DNA of 64,000 nt, from positions 42,925-106,924 of the forward strand of contig MFRN01000035.1 of assembly GCA_001784585.1 (NCBI GenBank), in the 5' to 3' direction. The notes beneath the pieces were generated by a model. That model saw only the letters and a program-made list of their open reading frames with translations, ran no database searches and had not been told where the DNA came from. A program made the position numbers and the translations under genes. This DNA is from Candidatus Melainabacteria bacterium RIFCSPLOWO2_02_FULL_35_15 (lineage in GTDB: Bacteria; Cyanobacteriota; Vampirovibrionia; 2-02-FULL-35-15). Positions 46,137 through 56,420 of the stretch are shown piece after piece; the stretch's first letter is position 1, and every line of letters starts with the position of its first letter.

Positions 46137-47993
46137 ATGACATTAACAGAAGAAAAAAAAGAAAAAAAAATAGAAACTCTGGAAGAGGCCACTATAAGAT
46201 TTGCAGGTGATTCCGGGGATGGAATGCAGTTAACCGGCGGACAGTTTACAAATGCCACAGCAATTGTAGGTAATGATTTAAGCACATTGCCTGACTTTCC
46301 GGCAGAAATCAGGGCACCGGCTGGATCACTTGCAGGAGTAAGTGCATTTCAAATTCACTTTAGCAGTAAAGAAATTCATACACCGGGAGATATTCTTGAT
46401 GTGCTTGTAGCTATGAACCCCGCTGCACTTAAAACAAGTTTAAAAGATTTAAAACCAGGTGGAATGCTTATAGTAAACACAGATGCATTTACTGAAACAA
46501 ACTTAAAAAAAGCAGGCTATGAAGAAAATCCCCTTGAAGCTGAAATAAATCAAAAATATCAGGTTTTTCCAATTGAAATTTCCAGGCTTACCCAGCTTGC
46601 TCTTGAAGACATGAATCTTCCGGGAAAAGTAGTCGATCGTTCAAAGAATTTGTTTGCTCTTGGTCTTATGTACTGGCTTTATACCAGACCTATGGATACT
46701 ACTATTGACTGGTTAAAGAAAAAATTTTCAAAAGATCCTGTGATTTTAGAAGCAAACTTAAAAGTGTTAAAAGCCGGATATCATTATGGTGAAACTACTG
46801 AAACATTTATTTCAAATTATGAAATAAAACATGCAAAACTTCTTCCTGGCAAATACAGAAATATAACCGGAAATGAGGCTACTGTTTTAGGTTTAGTTGC
46901 TGCACATGAGTTAACTGGTTTAACAATGTTTTTGGGCAGTTATCCTATTACTCCTGCCAGTGATATTTTGCATGAACTTTCAAAATATAAAAACTTGGGA
47001 ATAAGGACATTTCAGGCCGAAGATGAGATAGCTGCTATCGGAGCTGCTATTGGAGCAAGTTTTGCAGGTGGACTTGGTGTTACTACCACCAGCGGTCCTG
47101 GGATTTGCTTAAAATCAGAATTTACAGGACTGGCTATTAAAACAGAATTACCGCTGATTATTTGTGATATTCAAAGGGGAGGGCCAAGCACCGGATTACC
47201 TACAAAGACAGAACAGGGAGATTTGTTACAAGTAATGTTTGGCAGAACCTCTGAAAGTCCTATCCCAATTCTTGCAGCAGCAACTCCTGGTGATTGTTTT
47301 GAAACTATGATTGAAGCTGTAAGAATTGCAGTAAAGTATATGACACCTGTATTTTTTATGTCCGATGGTTATCTGGCTAATGGTTCAGAACCATGGAGAA
47401 TCCCTCAGATAAATACCCTTCCAAAAATTGAAGTTAAATTCAGAAAAGAAGCTGATGGCTTTTATCCCTACCTTCGCAATCCGGATACCTTAGCCAGGCC
47501 ATGGGCGCTACCAGGAACACCAGGACTAGAGCATGTAATCACAGGGGTTGAGACAGAACAAATCACAGGAAAAATCTGTTATGATCCACAAAACCATGAT
47601 GCAATGATAAAAATCCGTGCAAAGAGAATTGCACAGATTGAAAATGATATCCCGGACATAAAAACTATATTCGGAGAATCAAAAGGAGATTTATTAATCC
47701 TGGGATGGGGAAGCACCTTAGGTTCTATAAATGCTGCCTGTGAACAACTTTTAAAACAAGGATATAAAGTAGCAAACGCTCACTTAAGATACTTAAACCC
47801 TTTTCCAAAAAATCTTGGTGAGTTCTTAAAAAACTATAAAAAGATTTTAATTCCTGAAATTAATCTTGGACAATTACGATTATTAATAAGAGCTAAATAT
47901 TTAATTGATGCACAGGGATTTAACATAGTAGGTGGTCAGCCGCTTAAAGTTAACGGTATAGTCGAAGCTGCCACAAAGTTATTAAAAGCATAG
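46137..47993 (+). CDS. 2-oxoacid:ferredoxin oxidoreductase, fused gamma/alpha subunit
   Basis: 618 aa. The N-terminal gamma-like region GDSGDGMQLTGGQF precedes the alpha catalytic domain. It is adjacent to the TPP-binding beta subunit. Confidence 0.8.
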   Translation: MTLTEEKKEKKIETLEEATIRFAGDSGDGMQLTGGQFTNATAIVGNDLSTLPDFPAEIRAPAGSLAGVSAFQIHFSSKEIHTPGDILDVLVAMNPAALKTSLKDLKPGGMLIVNTDAFTETNLKKAGYEENPLEAEINQKYQVFPIEISRLTQLALEDMNLPGKVVDRSKNLFALGLMYWLYTRPMDTTIDWLKKKFSKDPVILEANLKVLKAGYHYGETTETFISNYEIKHAKLLPGKYRNITGNEATVLGLVAAHELTGLTMFLGSYPITPASDILHELSKYKNLGIRTFQAEDEIAAIGAAIGASFAGGLGVTTTSGPGICLKSEFTGLAIKTELPLIICDIQRGGPSTGLPTKTEQGDLLQVMFGRTSESPIPILAAATPGDCFETMIEAVRIAVKYMTPVFFMSDGYLANGSEPWRIPQINTLPKIEVKFRKEADGFYPYLRNPDTLARPWALPGTPGLEHVITGVETEQITGKICYDPQNHDAMIKIRAKRIAQIENDIPDIKTIFGESKGDLLILGWGSTLGSINAACEQLLKQGYKVANAHLRYLNPFPKNLGEFLKNYKKILIPEINLGQLRLLIRAKYLIDAQGFNIVGGQPLKVNGIVEAATKLLKA

Positions 47994-48004
47994 CAGGATA
48001 AAAT

Positions 48005-49042
48005 ATGGCAATAAGTAATCAATCGCAATACACAAAAGCAGACTTTGAATCAGCAAACGATATTCGCTGGTGCCCGGGATGTGGCGACTATGCGATTTTA
48101 TCTGCTGTTCAAGGTGTGGTGCCAGCACTTGGTATTCCAAAAGAAAAATTTGTTTTTATATCCGGCATTGGCTGTTCAAGCAGATTTCCACATTATATGA
48201 GTTGTTATGGTTTTCATACTATTCATGGAAGAGCACTTACTGTAGCTACAGGAGTTAAGTCAATAAACCCGGATCTCTCAGTCTGGGTAATTACCGGCGA
48301 TGGAGACGGACTTAGCATAGGCGGAAATCACCTTATACATGCTATACGCAGAAATCAGGATTTTAAAATTCTTTTATTTAACAACAGAATCTATGGTTTA
48401 ACAAAAGGGCAGTATTCTCCTACATCTGAACTTGGAAAGAAAACAAAATCCACTCCATACGGTTCGATCGATAATCCTATTAATCCTGCTTCTGTAGCAA
48501 TTGCCAGTGGTGCTACTTTTGTAGCAAGAACAGTTGATAAAAATGTCAAACACATGATGGAGGTTTTAAAGAAAGCAGCAGCACATAAAGGAACAGCGTT
48601 TATTGAAATCTACCAGAACTGTTTAGTTTTTAATGATAATGCATTTGAAGGCTTTACCAAGAAAGATGTTAAAGATGATCACTCTGTATACATCGAACAT
48701 GGTAAGCCACTTATCTTTGGAAAAAATCATGACAAAGCAATTAAACTAAATGGTTTTCATCCTGAAGTAATTAATGCTGCAAATGGAAATATAAAAGAAA
48801 CACTTGTTCATAATGAGCATGCTGATGACCGGGGACTGGCTTATGTGCTTGGTCAGATGGGTGTGGAAAACGAAGGACTTCCGGTAGCATTTGGAGTCTT
48901 AAGACAAATTGAGCAGCCTACCTATCAGGAGCGTTTATTTGAACAGGAAAAATTAGCAAAAGAAAAAAGTTTAAGTGGTGGCTTGCCGCAGCAAACCCTT
49001 GAACAAATTTTAAATGCAGGTGATACGTGGATGGTAAAATAA
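48005..49042 (+). CDS. 2-oxoacid:ferredoxin oxidoreductase, beta (TPP-binding) subunit
   Basis: 345 aa. The N-terminal Cys cluster WCPGCGDY and the TPP motif GDGDG...N are present. Confidence 0.8.
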   Translation: MAISNQSQYTKADFESANDIRWCPGCGDYAILSAVQGVVPALGIPKEKFVFISGIGCSSRFPHYMSCYGFHTIHGRALTVATGVKSINPDLSVWVITGDGDGLSIGGNHLIHAIRRNQDFKILLFNNRIYGLTKGQYSPTSELGKKTKSTPYGSIDNPINPASVAIASGATFVARTVDKNVKHMMEVLKKAAAHKGTAFIEIYQNCLVFNDNAFEGFTKKDVKDDHSVYIEHGKPLIFGKNHDKAIKLNGFHPEVINAANGNIKETLVHNEHADDRGLAYVLGQMGVENEGLPVAFGVLRQIEQPTYQERLFEQEKLAKEKSLSGGLPQQTLEQILNAGDTWMVK

Positions 49043-51126
49043 AAATTTTAAAATCACTCCGAAATATTTTATTCATAATTCTTTTTTTAATAAGTCAGGG
49101 AATCTTTTTTAAATCTCAGGCAGCCTTTGATATTCGTGGTGTAGAATTATTTAAAGACAATACTATTTGTATAACCAGAGCAGGCAGTACAACGCCTGAA
49201 GGATTAAATCTCTCAAATTTCACAGTTACTACTGAAAGCGTTCAGTCAAAAATCAGCTCAAGCGGTTCACTGTGTGCACCTCCTCCGTTTTTTACCGGTG
49301 GAACAATATTAACTACTATAAGTGGAATAAAGACTCAGGCTGATCCTACAGTACAAAGCCTGGGAAGGGGAATTTTAATTTCAGAAATTGCAGGTACAGA
49401 TGGTTTATCAAGCTCCGGAGATCCGTCAGGATTCAGCTCGCTGGTTACCAGATTAGGTGGTTTGACATCAACAATATTTGAAATCAGTCTGCCTGATGGT
49501 TGCGATGTAATAGATGACGATGATGATATAGCAGGTTCAAGCAGTGACCTTTCCACTATTAATGACTTTTCATTTCCAACCTGCCACTCTACTACAGGTT
49601 TAACCGTAGCCTGTAATGCAATCAGTAATTTACTAACAGCAGCTACCGGATTAGCTCAAGCTACCAGCACAAGCCCGGCAAAAATTCGCTTCACGATTTC
49701 AGAATTTAATAGTTTTGCAGATGCCAGTATGATTGATTCGATTTTAATCAGACTAGATTCTCAGGATATTTTTTGTCCAAACAATACAGGGAATTTTTTG
49801 ACAGTAACTATAGCTGCAAAAAATGCAATTAACAATCCAACTGTTACAGAAATAATTGGCAGTGCAAATATTGGCACCCCCATGCAGGCTGCAAAACTTT
49901 CTTATGCTACTGAAACTGTTACTTCAGTTAAAGGAGAAATATCTACAAACGAAACAGGAGTTACTCCGGCTTTAGCAGGCAGTACTACTACAGCAAATAC
50001 AGTACAAATAGAAGAGCTTAATAACGAATCAATCCCTGTAGGCGGTCAATCATCACCTACTATAATAAATCCATCAGTTGCCACTTCTACCGCAAATAAT
50101 GCAGTTAATATCTGGCTTATTCCTTCTGTCTCAAGTTTATTTTCTGCTCCACCTGTAACCAGTGACATTACTTTTTCTGATAATTCATTTGTAGTCAGTG
50201 CAGCGCCTTATATTGTCATGAACAATACGGACGATTCAAATGCTCCGTTTGGAACTCTTGTAATTCCCATCAGGCAAAACTCTTCAGGAAGTGATCCTGC
50301 CACAGTAAAAACTACCATTAAAATTAATAACCTTATTCTAAACAGTGATGCTGCAGCATTAAAAGATAGTACTGTATCGCTTTCTTTTTTTGAACCTGTT
50401 TCAGGAGCTATAGTAAACACACCCGGAACTTTATCTATACTAAGTTCTGCTACAAGTTTAACTAATCCGCGGAATTTTTCTTCTTTTGCACCATTGTCCA
50501 CAAGAGCAGTTGCACAGAATGCAATAATCGATGGTGCTGCAAATGATGGAACCGGAGCAAATCAGGTAATAACCAATGCTGACATAGCTGCATTAACTGC
50601 CAGAGATACAGTACTTGGAACTCCGCAGATTACAGATTTTACAAAGATAATTTCTTCTGTAACTACAGTTGACCCAAGCAAAGTTAATATCACAAATTCC
50701 AACTCTGTTTTAACAATTACAGGCGATAAAGGGGCTTCAATTGGTGGAGCCAAAATTAAAATAGATTCACCTGCAGGCAGTGAAGCTGCTTCTTTTGATT
50801 CTGTAACTGTTACAAGTAAGAGTGACGGATCATTTAATGCAAAACTTAAAGCAGACTTTTCAAAAGGTGCTGTAACTGTTAATTTAAAACAAACTGTAAG
50901 TACTACAGACAGCAAAACTACTACAAAATCAGTTTTACAAGAAGGAAGCAGTTCTTCATGTGAAAAAACTGTCTGTGGATGCACAAATACAAACTGCACA
51001 CCAAATATAACCTCTGTTTTAACATTTGTCGAAAATAACGGTGGCTTAGCTCAGATAGTAACCAGTGGCGGGGCATTGCTTCAGGAAATAATTACTTCTG
51101 CAAAGAAGGCACTAGGATTAAGTTAA
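49027..51126 (+). CDS. Secreted Ser/Thr-rich low-complexity protein (putative surface protein)
   Basis: 699 aa with a signal peptide. It is S/T/A/N-rich throughout. It overlaps the OFOR beta gene by 16 bp and abuts glmS. Confidence 0.55.
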   Translation: MDGKIKILKSLRNILFIILFLISQGIFFKSQAAFDIRGVELFKDNTICITRAGSTTPEGLNLSNFTVTTESVQSKISSSGSLCAPPPFFTGGTILTTISGIKTQADPTVQSLGRGILISEIAGTDGLSSSGDPSGFSSLVTRLGGLTSTIFEISLPDGCDVIDDDDDIAGSSSDLSTINDFSFPTCHSTTGLTVACNAISNLLTAATGLAQATSTSPAKIRFTISEFNSFADASMIDSILIRLDSQDIFCPNNTGNFLTVTIAAKNAINNPTVTEIIGSANIGTPMQAAKLSYATETVTSVKGEISTNETGVTPALAGSTTTANTVQIEELNNESIPVGGQSSPTIINPSVATSTANNAVNIWLIPSVSSLFSAPPVTSDITFSDNSFVVSAAPYIVMNNTDDSNAPFGTLVIPIRQNSSGSDPATVKTTIKINNLILNSDAAALKDSTVSLSFFEPVSGAIVNTPGTLSILSSATSLTNPRNFSSFAPLSTRAVAQNAIIDGAANDGTGANQVITNADIAALTARDTVLGTPQITDFTKIISSVTTVDPSKVNITNSNSVLTITGDKGASIGGAKIKIDSPAGSEAASFDSVTVTSKSDGSFNAKLKADFSKGAVTVNLKQTVSTTDSKTTTKSVLQEGSSSSCEKTVCGCTNTNCTPNITSVLTFVENNGGLAQIVTSGGALLQEIITSAKKALGLS

Positions 51127-51129
51127 AAA

Positions 51130-52983
51130 ATGTGCGGAATTATAGGATACGTTGGAGATAAAGAAATTGTACCCCTTTTACTTAAAGGTCTTCAGTGTCT
51201 TGAGTATCGTGGGTATGATTCAGCAGGAATTGCAATTCATAGAGGACATAATTTAAATGTCATTAAAACAATTGGAAAAATTTCAAATTTAGAAGAAGTT
51301 ATAAAAAATAAAACTGAATATAATGGAAAAAACGGTCATATTAATTGTGGAATAGGACACACCAGATGGGCGACTCATGGAGAGCCATCTGATGTAAATG
51401 CACATCCACATTTTGACACTGAAGAAAAAATAGCAGTTGTCCACAATGGAATAATTAGAAATTATCAGGAAATAAAAGAGAAATTAACACATCACGGCCT
51501 TACTTTTGTAACCCAGACTGATACTGAAGTAATAGTTCAGCTAATAAGCCGGAACTTAAAGAAAACAAAGTCTGCCGTGGAAGCTATTTCCAAATCTGTA
51601 AACGAACTTGAAGGCAGTTACGCAATTGCTATTTTATTTAAAGGTGAATCAGACAAAATATATGCTGTTCGTAAAGAAGCGCCTCTTGTAATTGGAATAG
51701 GAAATGGTGAAAACTTTGTAGCCAGTGATATTCCTACTTTATCCCAGTTTGTAGATAAAGTTATAAGACTTAATGACAATGAAATTACAATCGTTACAAA
51801 AAACAATGTTGAATTTTATAACTTAAGCGGAGAAAAAATAAAAAAAGAACCGCAAATAATAACAAAGACAAAAGATATTCTGGATAAAAAAGGATTTAAG
51901 CATTATCTGGCCAAAGAAATAAACGAACAAGCTGAAGTTATTTCAAATCTTTTAAAAGATTTTTTACCTGGCGCAGGAAAACCTGTTCAGTTTGATTGCT
52001 TAAAATTTGATCCGTCATTTTTAAAAAATATAGATCGGGTTTTAATCCTGGCCTGTGGAACTGCTTACCATGCCGGATTAACAGCTAAATATATTCTGGA
52101 AACTTTAACTTCAATTCCTGTTGAGGTTCAGTTTTCAAGTGAATTTATAACTGCAAGTCCGCTATTAACAAAAAAATCTCTTGTAATAGGGATAAGCCAA
52201 TCCGGTGAAACAGCAGATACACTGGCTGCCATAAAAAAAGCAGTTTCAACAGGTGCTACATTATTAGGGATTACAAACAGGGCAGATTCAGCACTGGCTG
52301 ACTTGGCAAAAGAACATTTAATTCTTAGTAAAGCAGGTGTTGAAATAAGTGTAGCTGCTACCAAAACATTTACTGCACAGCTCACTGTATTGTATTTGCT
52401 GGCTGTTTATATTTCAGAAGTTCAAGGATTGAGAAGAGCAGAGATTCAATCAATTAAACAAGAACTTAGAGAACTGCCGCAGCTTGTTGATCAAGCACTG
52501 CTTAGAGCAGAATACTATCAGGAACAGATTATAAAATATGCAAACAAACGTGATTTTGTTTTTATAGGTCGTGGGGTAAATTATCCTATTGCACTTGAAG
52601 CTGCCTTAAAACTAAAAGAACTAAGTTATATCCATGCCAGTGGTTACGCATCAGGTGAAATGAAACACGGGCCAATTGCAGTCCTTGACCCGAATGTACC
52701 TGTAGTTTCAATTTGTGTCCCTGGAGAAACCTATGATCGTGTTATTCAAAACAGTCTTGAAGCCAAAAGCAGAAAAGCTCCAATGATTGCAGTAGCAGTA
52801 GATGGAGATAAAAAAGCTGACAGTATCTTTGACACTGTTTTGCACATTCCGCAGATTTCAGAAATTATAAGCCCGTTTCTAGTAGTAATTCCACTTCAAT
52901 TTTTAGCTTATTACATAGCAGAAGCTCTCGGGCAGGATATTGATCAACCGAGGAATTTGGCGAAGTCAGTGACGGTAGAGTAA
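51130..52983 (+). CDS. glmS: Glutamine--fructose-6-phosphate aminotransferase
   Basis: 617 aa. The N-terminal nucleophile MCGIIGY is present, with two SIS domains and a C-terminal KSVTVE. Confidence 0.9.
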   Translation: MCGIIGYVGDKEIVPLLLKGLQCLEYRGYDSAGIAIHRGHNLNVIKTIGKISNLEEVIKNKTEYNGKNGHINCGIGHTRWATHGEPSDVNAHPHFDTEEKIAVVHNGIIRNYQEIKEKLTHHGLTFVTQTDTEVIVQLISRNLKKTKSAVEAISKSVNELEGSYAIAILFKGESDKIYAVRKEAPLVIGIGNGENFVASDIPTLSQFVDKVIRLNDNEITIVTKNNVEFYNLSGEKIKKEPQIITKTKDILDKKGFKHYLAKEINEQAEVISNLLKDFLPGAGKPVQFDCLKFDPSFLKNIDRVLILACGTAYHAGLTAKYILETLTSIPVEVQFSSEFITASPLLTKKSLVIGISQSGETADTLAAIKKAVSTGATLLGITNRADSALADLAKEHLILSKAGVEISVAATKTFTAQLTVLYLLAVYISEVQGLRRAEIQSIKQELRELPQLVDQALLRAEYYQEQIIKYANKRDFVFIGRGVNYPIALEAALKLKELSYIHASGYASGEMKHGPIAVLDPNVPVVSICVPGETYDRVIQNSLEAKSRKAPMIAVAVDGDKKADSIFDTVLHIPQISEIISPFLVVIPLQFLAYYIAEALGQDIDQPRNLAKSVTVE

Positions 52984-53004
52984 ACAGTAAGATATAATAT
53001 TCTT

Positions 53005-54054
53005 ATGTTCAATGACCTTTTACTAAAAGCCTTAAATAAAGAAATTGTCCCGCGCCCGCCTGTCTGGTTAATGAGACAGGCTGGAAGATATTTACCTGAA
53101 TATCAGAAAATCAGATCGCAGGTTAGCTTTTTAGATCTCTGTAATAATTCCGAACTTGCAGCAGAAGTCAGCCTTCAGCCATATGAAAGATTTAAAATGG
53201 ATGCTGTAATTGTCTTTTCAGATATTTTACTTCCAGTTCAAAAGATGGGATTAGAGTTAGAGTTCACTGATGAGGGTCCCAGGATTAATAATTTAATTTC
53301 AAATATTTCTGATATTAAAAAACTTCAAATCCCGATGGCAAATGAAGAAACCTATCCTACATTAACTGCCATAAATATGCTTAGAAAAGAAGTCGGCGAA
53401 AAGATTCCAGTTATCGGGTTTAGCGGGGCTCCATGGACTTTGTTTTGTTATATGATGGAAGGTTACAGTTCAAATAATTTTAACAAAGCAAAAACATTTC
53501 TTTATACAAATTCACAGGCATCACATCAGCTTTTAAATAAAATCACAAATACACTGTTTCTTTATCTGACTATGCAGGTAAATTCCGGCGCACATGTTCT
53601 TCAGATATTTGACACATGGGCAGGAGTCTTATCACAGGAAGATTACAGAACCTTTGCACTTCCATACCTAAGGCAATTAATCAGCGATTTAATGCCACTT
53701 AAAGTCCCGATTATTCTATATACAAATAACTCTCACCATCTGTTATCGAAAATTTCCACCTTAAAGATTGCTGCACTAAGTCTGGACTGGAGATGTAACC
53801 TCCAGGAAGTCAGGGATAGTTTTGGTACAAGTCTTGGCTTGCAGGGAAATTTAGATCCGGGGATTTTACTTACGAATCAGACAATAGTTCGTGAAAAAAC
53901 AAAAGCCCTGATTCAGTCCATTAAAAACTGGCAGACAGGTTATATTTGTAATCTTGGGCATGGTATTTTACCTCAAACCCCCGTTGAAAATGTACACGCT
54001 ATGTTAGATACAGTTTTTGAAATTGCAAATGAACCAGCTTATGTTAACCAGTGA
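53005..54054 (+). CDS. hemE: Uroporphyrinogen decarboxylase
   Basis: 349 aa. The N-terminal PPVWLMRQAGRYLPEY motif is present. Confidence 0.85.
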   Translation: MFNDLLLKALNKEIVPRPPVWLMRQAGRYLPEYQKIRSQVSFLDLCNNSELAAEVSLQPYERFKMDAVIVFSDILLPVQKMGLELEFTDEGPRINNLISNISDIKKLQIPMANEETYPTLTAINMLRKEVGEKIPVIGFSGAPWTLFCYMMEGYSSNNFNKAKTFLYTNSQASHQLLNKITNTLFLYLTMQVNSGAHVLQIFDTWAGVLSQEDYRTFALPYLRQLISDLMPLKVPIILYTNNSHHLLSKISTLKIAALSLDWRCNLQEVRDSFGTSLGLQGNLDPGILLTNQTIVREKTKALIQSIKNWQTGYICNLGHGILPQTPVENVHAMLDTVFEIANEPAYVNQ

Positions 54055-55408
54055 TTTATTAGAAAAATATTCTGTAAATGTCCCACGCTATACAAGCTAT
54101 CCACCAGCACCAGAATGGTCAGAAGATTTTAAAGCAGAAGATTTTTTATGTGCAAATGACCTGGCAAATAAAAATAAAACCCCTGTTTCTCTTTATTTTC
54201 ATCTTCCGTTTTGTGAAAGCCGGTGTTACTTTTGTGCATGTAATGTGGTAATTAGTAAAAAAAAATCCATTGTAAACACTTACCTGGAACATATTAAAAA
54301 AGAAATTTCCAGCCTGGGAAACCTGATAAATCAAAATAGATCTGTAGAACAAATTCACTTTGGAGGAGGGACACCAACCTATTTTAATCCGGATGAATTA
54401 AAAGAGTTATTTAATGCAATAAAAGGAAACTTTAATATTTCAAAAACATGTGAAGCCGGGGTAGAAGTAGACCCACGAGTAACTACATTCGATCATCTGA
54501 AAACATTGTCAGAGCTTGGTTTTAACAGGATTAGTATGGGCATTCAGGATTTTGATCCAAGAGTTCAGGAGACTATTAACCGCATTCAGTCATTTGAAGA
54601 AACAAAAAAAATATTTGAATATTCAAGGAATCTGGGTTTTGAATCTATCAATGCAGATTTAATTTACGGTTTACCTTTTCAGACAATAGATCGTTTTAAA
54701 AGAACTATTGATCTGATTTTTCAGTTAGATCCGGAGCGAATAGCATTCTTTCATTACGCTCATTTGCCACAGCTTTTAAATCATCAGGATAAATTCATCC
54801 CGGGAAATATTCTGCCATCCTCATCTGAGAAAATAGAAATTTTTCAATATGCTGTTAAAACATTAACTGATAACGGTTATGTTTTTATAGGCTTGGATCA
54901 CTTTGCAAAACCACATGATGAATTAACACAAGCCAGGAAAAACAAAACACTTCACAGAAACTTTCAGGGTTATACGACTAAGTCAGGGTGTGACTTATAC
55001 GGACTTGGAATTACTGCTATAAGTAATGTCCAGAATACCCTTTCCCAGAATATAAAAAAAATAAATCCATACTATGAAACAATTGATTTTAATAAAATGC
55101 CTCTATTTAGAGGATTTGTATTAAATAATGATGACCTCTTAAGAAGAGAAATAATAATGAAAATTCTCTGCCATGGAATTATTATAAAATCTGAGATAGA
55201 AGAGAAATATGATATTAATTTTGACAGGTATTTTGCATTTGAAATAAAGAAATTAAAAGAATTAGAAAAAGACAGACTGATTCTCAATTCTAAAATTATT
55301 GAAGTAACAAGTTCAGGACAATATTTCTTAAGAAATATTGCCTGTATATTTGATTATTATTTACAAAGGAAAGATGGAAAACAAAAGGTTTATTCAAAAT
55401 CAATATAA
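54017..55408 (+). CDS. hemN: Oxygen-independent coproporphyrinogen III oxidase (radical SAM)
   Basis: 463 aa. The radical-SAM cluster CESRCYFCAC and the HemN C-terminal domain are present. Confidence 0.8.
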   Translation: MKLQMNQLMLTSDLLEKYSVNVPRYTSYPPAPEWSEDFKAEDFLCANDLANKNKTPVSLYFHLPFCESRCYFCACNVVISKKKSIVNTYLEHIKKEISSLGNLINQNRSVEQIHFGGGTPTYFNPDELKELFNAIKGNFNISKTCEAGVEVDPRVTTFDHLKTLSELGFNRISMGIQDFDPRVQETINRIQSFEETKKIFEYSRNLGFESINADLIYGLPFQTIDRFKRTIDLIFQLDPERIAFFHYAHLPQLLNHQDKFIPGNILPSSSEKIEIFQYAVKTLTDNGYVFIGLDHFAKPHDELTQARKNKTLHRNFQGYTTKSGCDLYGLGITAISNVQNTLSQNIKKINPYYETIDFNKMPLFRGFVLNNDDLLRREIIMKILCHGIIIKSEIEEKYDINFDRYFAFEIKKLKELEKDRLILNSKIIEVTSSGQYFLRNIACIFDYYLQRKDGKQKVYSKSI

Positions 55409-56408
55409 AATTGCAGTTCTCCTTGTCAATTTCGGAGGCCCTGACAGTTTACGCTCAGTAAAACCATTTCTTTATAATTTATTTTCCGATCCAACAGTAC
55501 TAAACTTTCCATTTATAAATCTATACAGAAGCCCTTTTGCCTGGCTAATCTCAAATATAAGAGACCGGGCTTCCAGAAAAATGTATAAAAGAATTGGTGG
55601 TATGAGTCCATTAATTCCTATAACCTATCTTCAGGCTGAAAAACTTCAAAATTTGTTTGGTAAAAATGAGCTTCCCGTTGATGTATTTATTGGTTTTCGT
55701 TATTGTAAACCCTTTATTGAAGACACTTTAAATGAAATATCTTCAGGTAAATATGAAAAACTGGTTATACTTCCTTTATATCCGCAATACTCATACACTA
55801 CAACTGGTTCTGTAGAGCTAATCATAGAGAGATGGTTAAAAAGAAATGACTTAAATAGTACAAAATTACACTTCATAAAACAGTGGCACACTGATGAAGA
55901 TTATATTGAATCGTATGCAAGACTAATCAACAATTCACTTTTAAACCTGGATTTGCGAAGTACAGAAATAATTTTCAGTGCACATAGCATTCCTGTTTTT
56001 AACATAGAAAACAAAGACCCATATCAAAAACAAATCATTGAAACTGCCAATTTAATAATTACTAAACTAGGCTGGAAAAAAAAATGGCACATTGGTTACC
56101 AGAGCAAGCTTGGTCCTGTAACATGGCTTGAACCATCTACCGGTAGGGTAATAGAACAAATAGCTCAAAGAAATAAAAATACAAACATATTAGTAGTGCC
56201 TGTTAGCTTTGTATGTGAACATGTAGAAACCATTTTTGAAATCGGAGTGTTATATAAAGAAATAGCAAATAAGCTTGAGATCAAGACATTTGCACGGATA
56301 CCAGCCTTAAACACTGACAAATATTTAATACAAGCCTTGTATAATCAAGTAGTTGGTTGTCTGGAAAATAATAATGTAAGCATCAAAAACTTGCTACTTT
56401 TAAAATAA
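55374..56408 (+). CDS. hemH: Ferrochelatase
   Basis: The N-terminus IAVLLVNFGGPDS is typical. The start is placed at ATG 55374, which has an AAGGAAAG RBS, rather than the track start 55338. Confidence 0.75.
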   Translation: MENKRFIQNQYKIAVLLVNFGGPDSLRSVKPFLYNLFSDPTVLNFPFINLYRSPFAWLISNIRDRASRKMYKRIGGMSPLIPITYLQAEKLQNLFGKNELPVDVFIGFRYCKPFIEDTLNEISSGKYEKLVILPLYPQYSYTTTGSVELIIERWLKRNDLNSTKLHFIKQWHTDEDYIESYARLINNSLLNLDLRSTEIIFSAHSIPVFNIENKDPYQKQIIETANLIITKLGWKKKWHIGYQSKLGPVTWLEPSTGRVIEQIAQRNKNTNILVVPVSFVCEHVETIFEIGVLYKEIANKLEIKTFARIPALNTDKYLIQALYNQVVGCLENNNVSIKNLLLLK

Positions 56409-56420
56409 ATTTCTTACGAA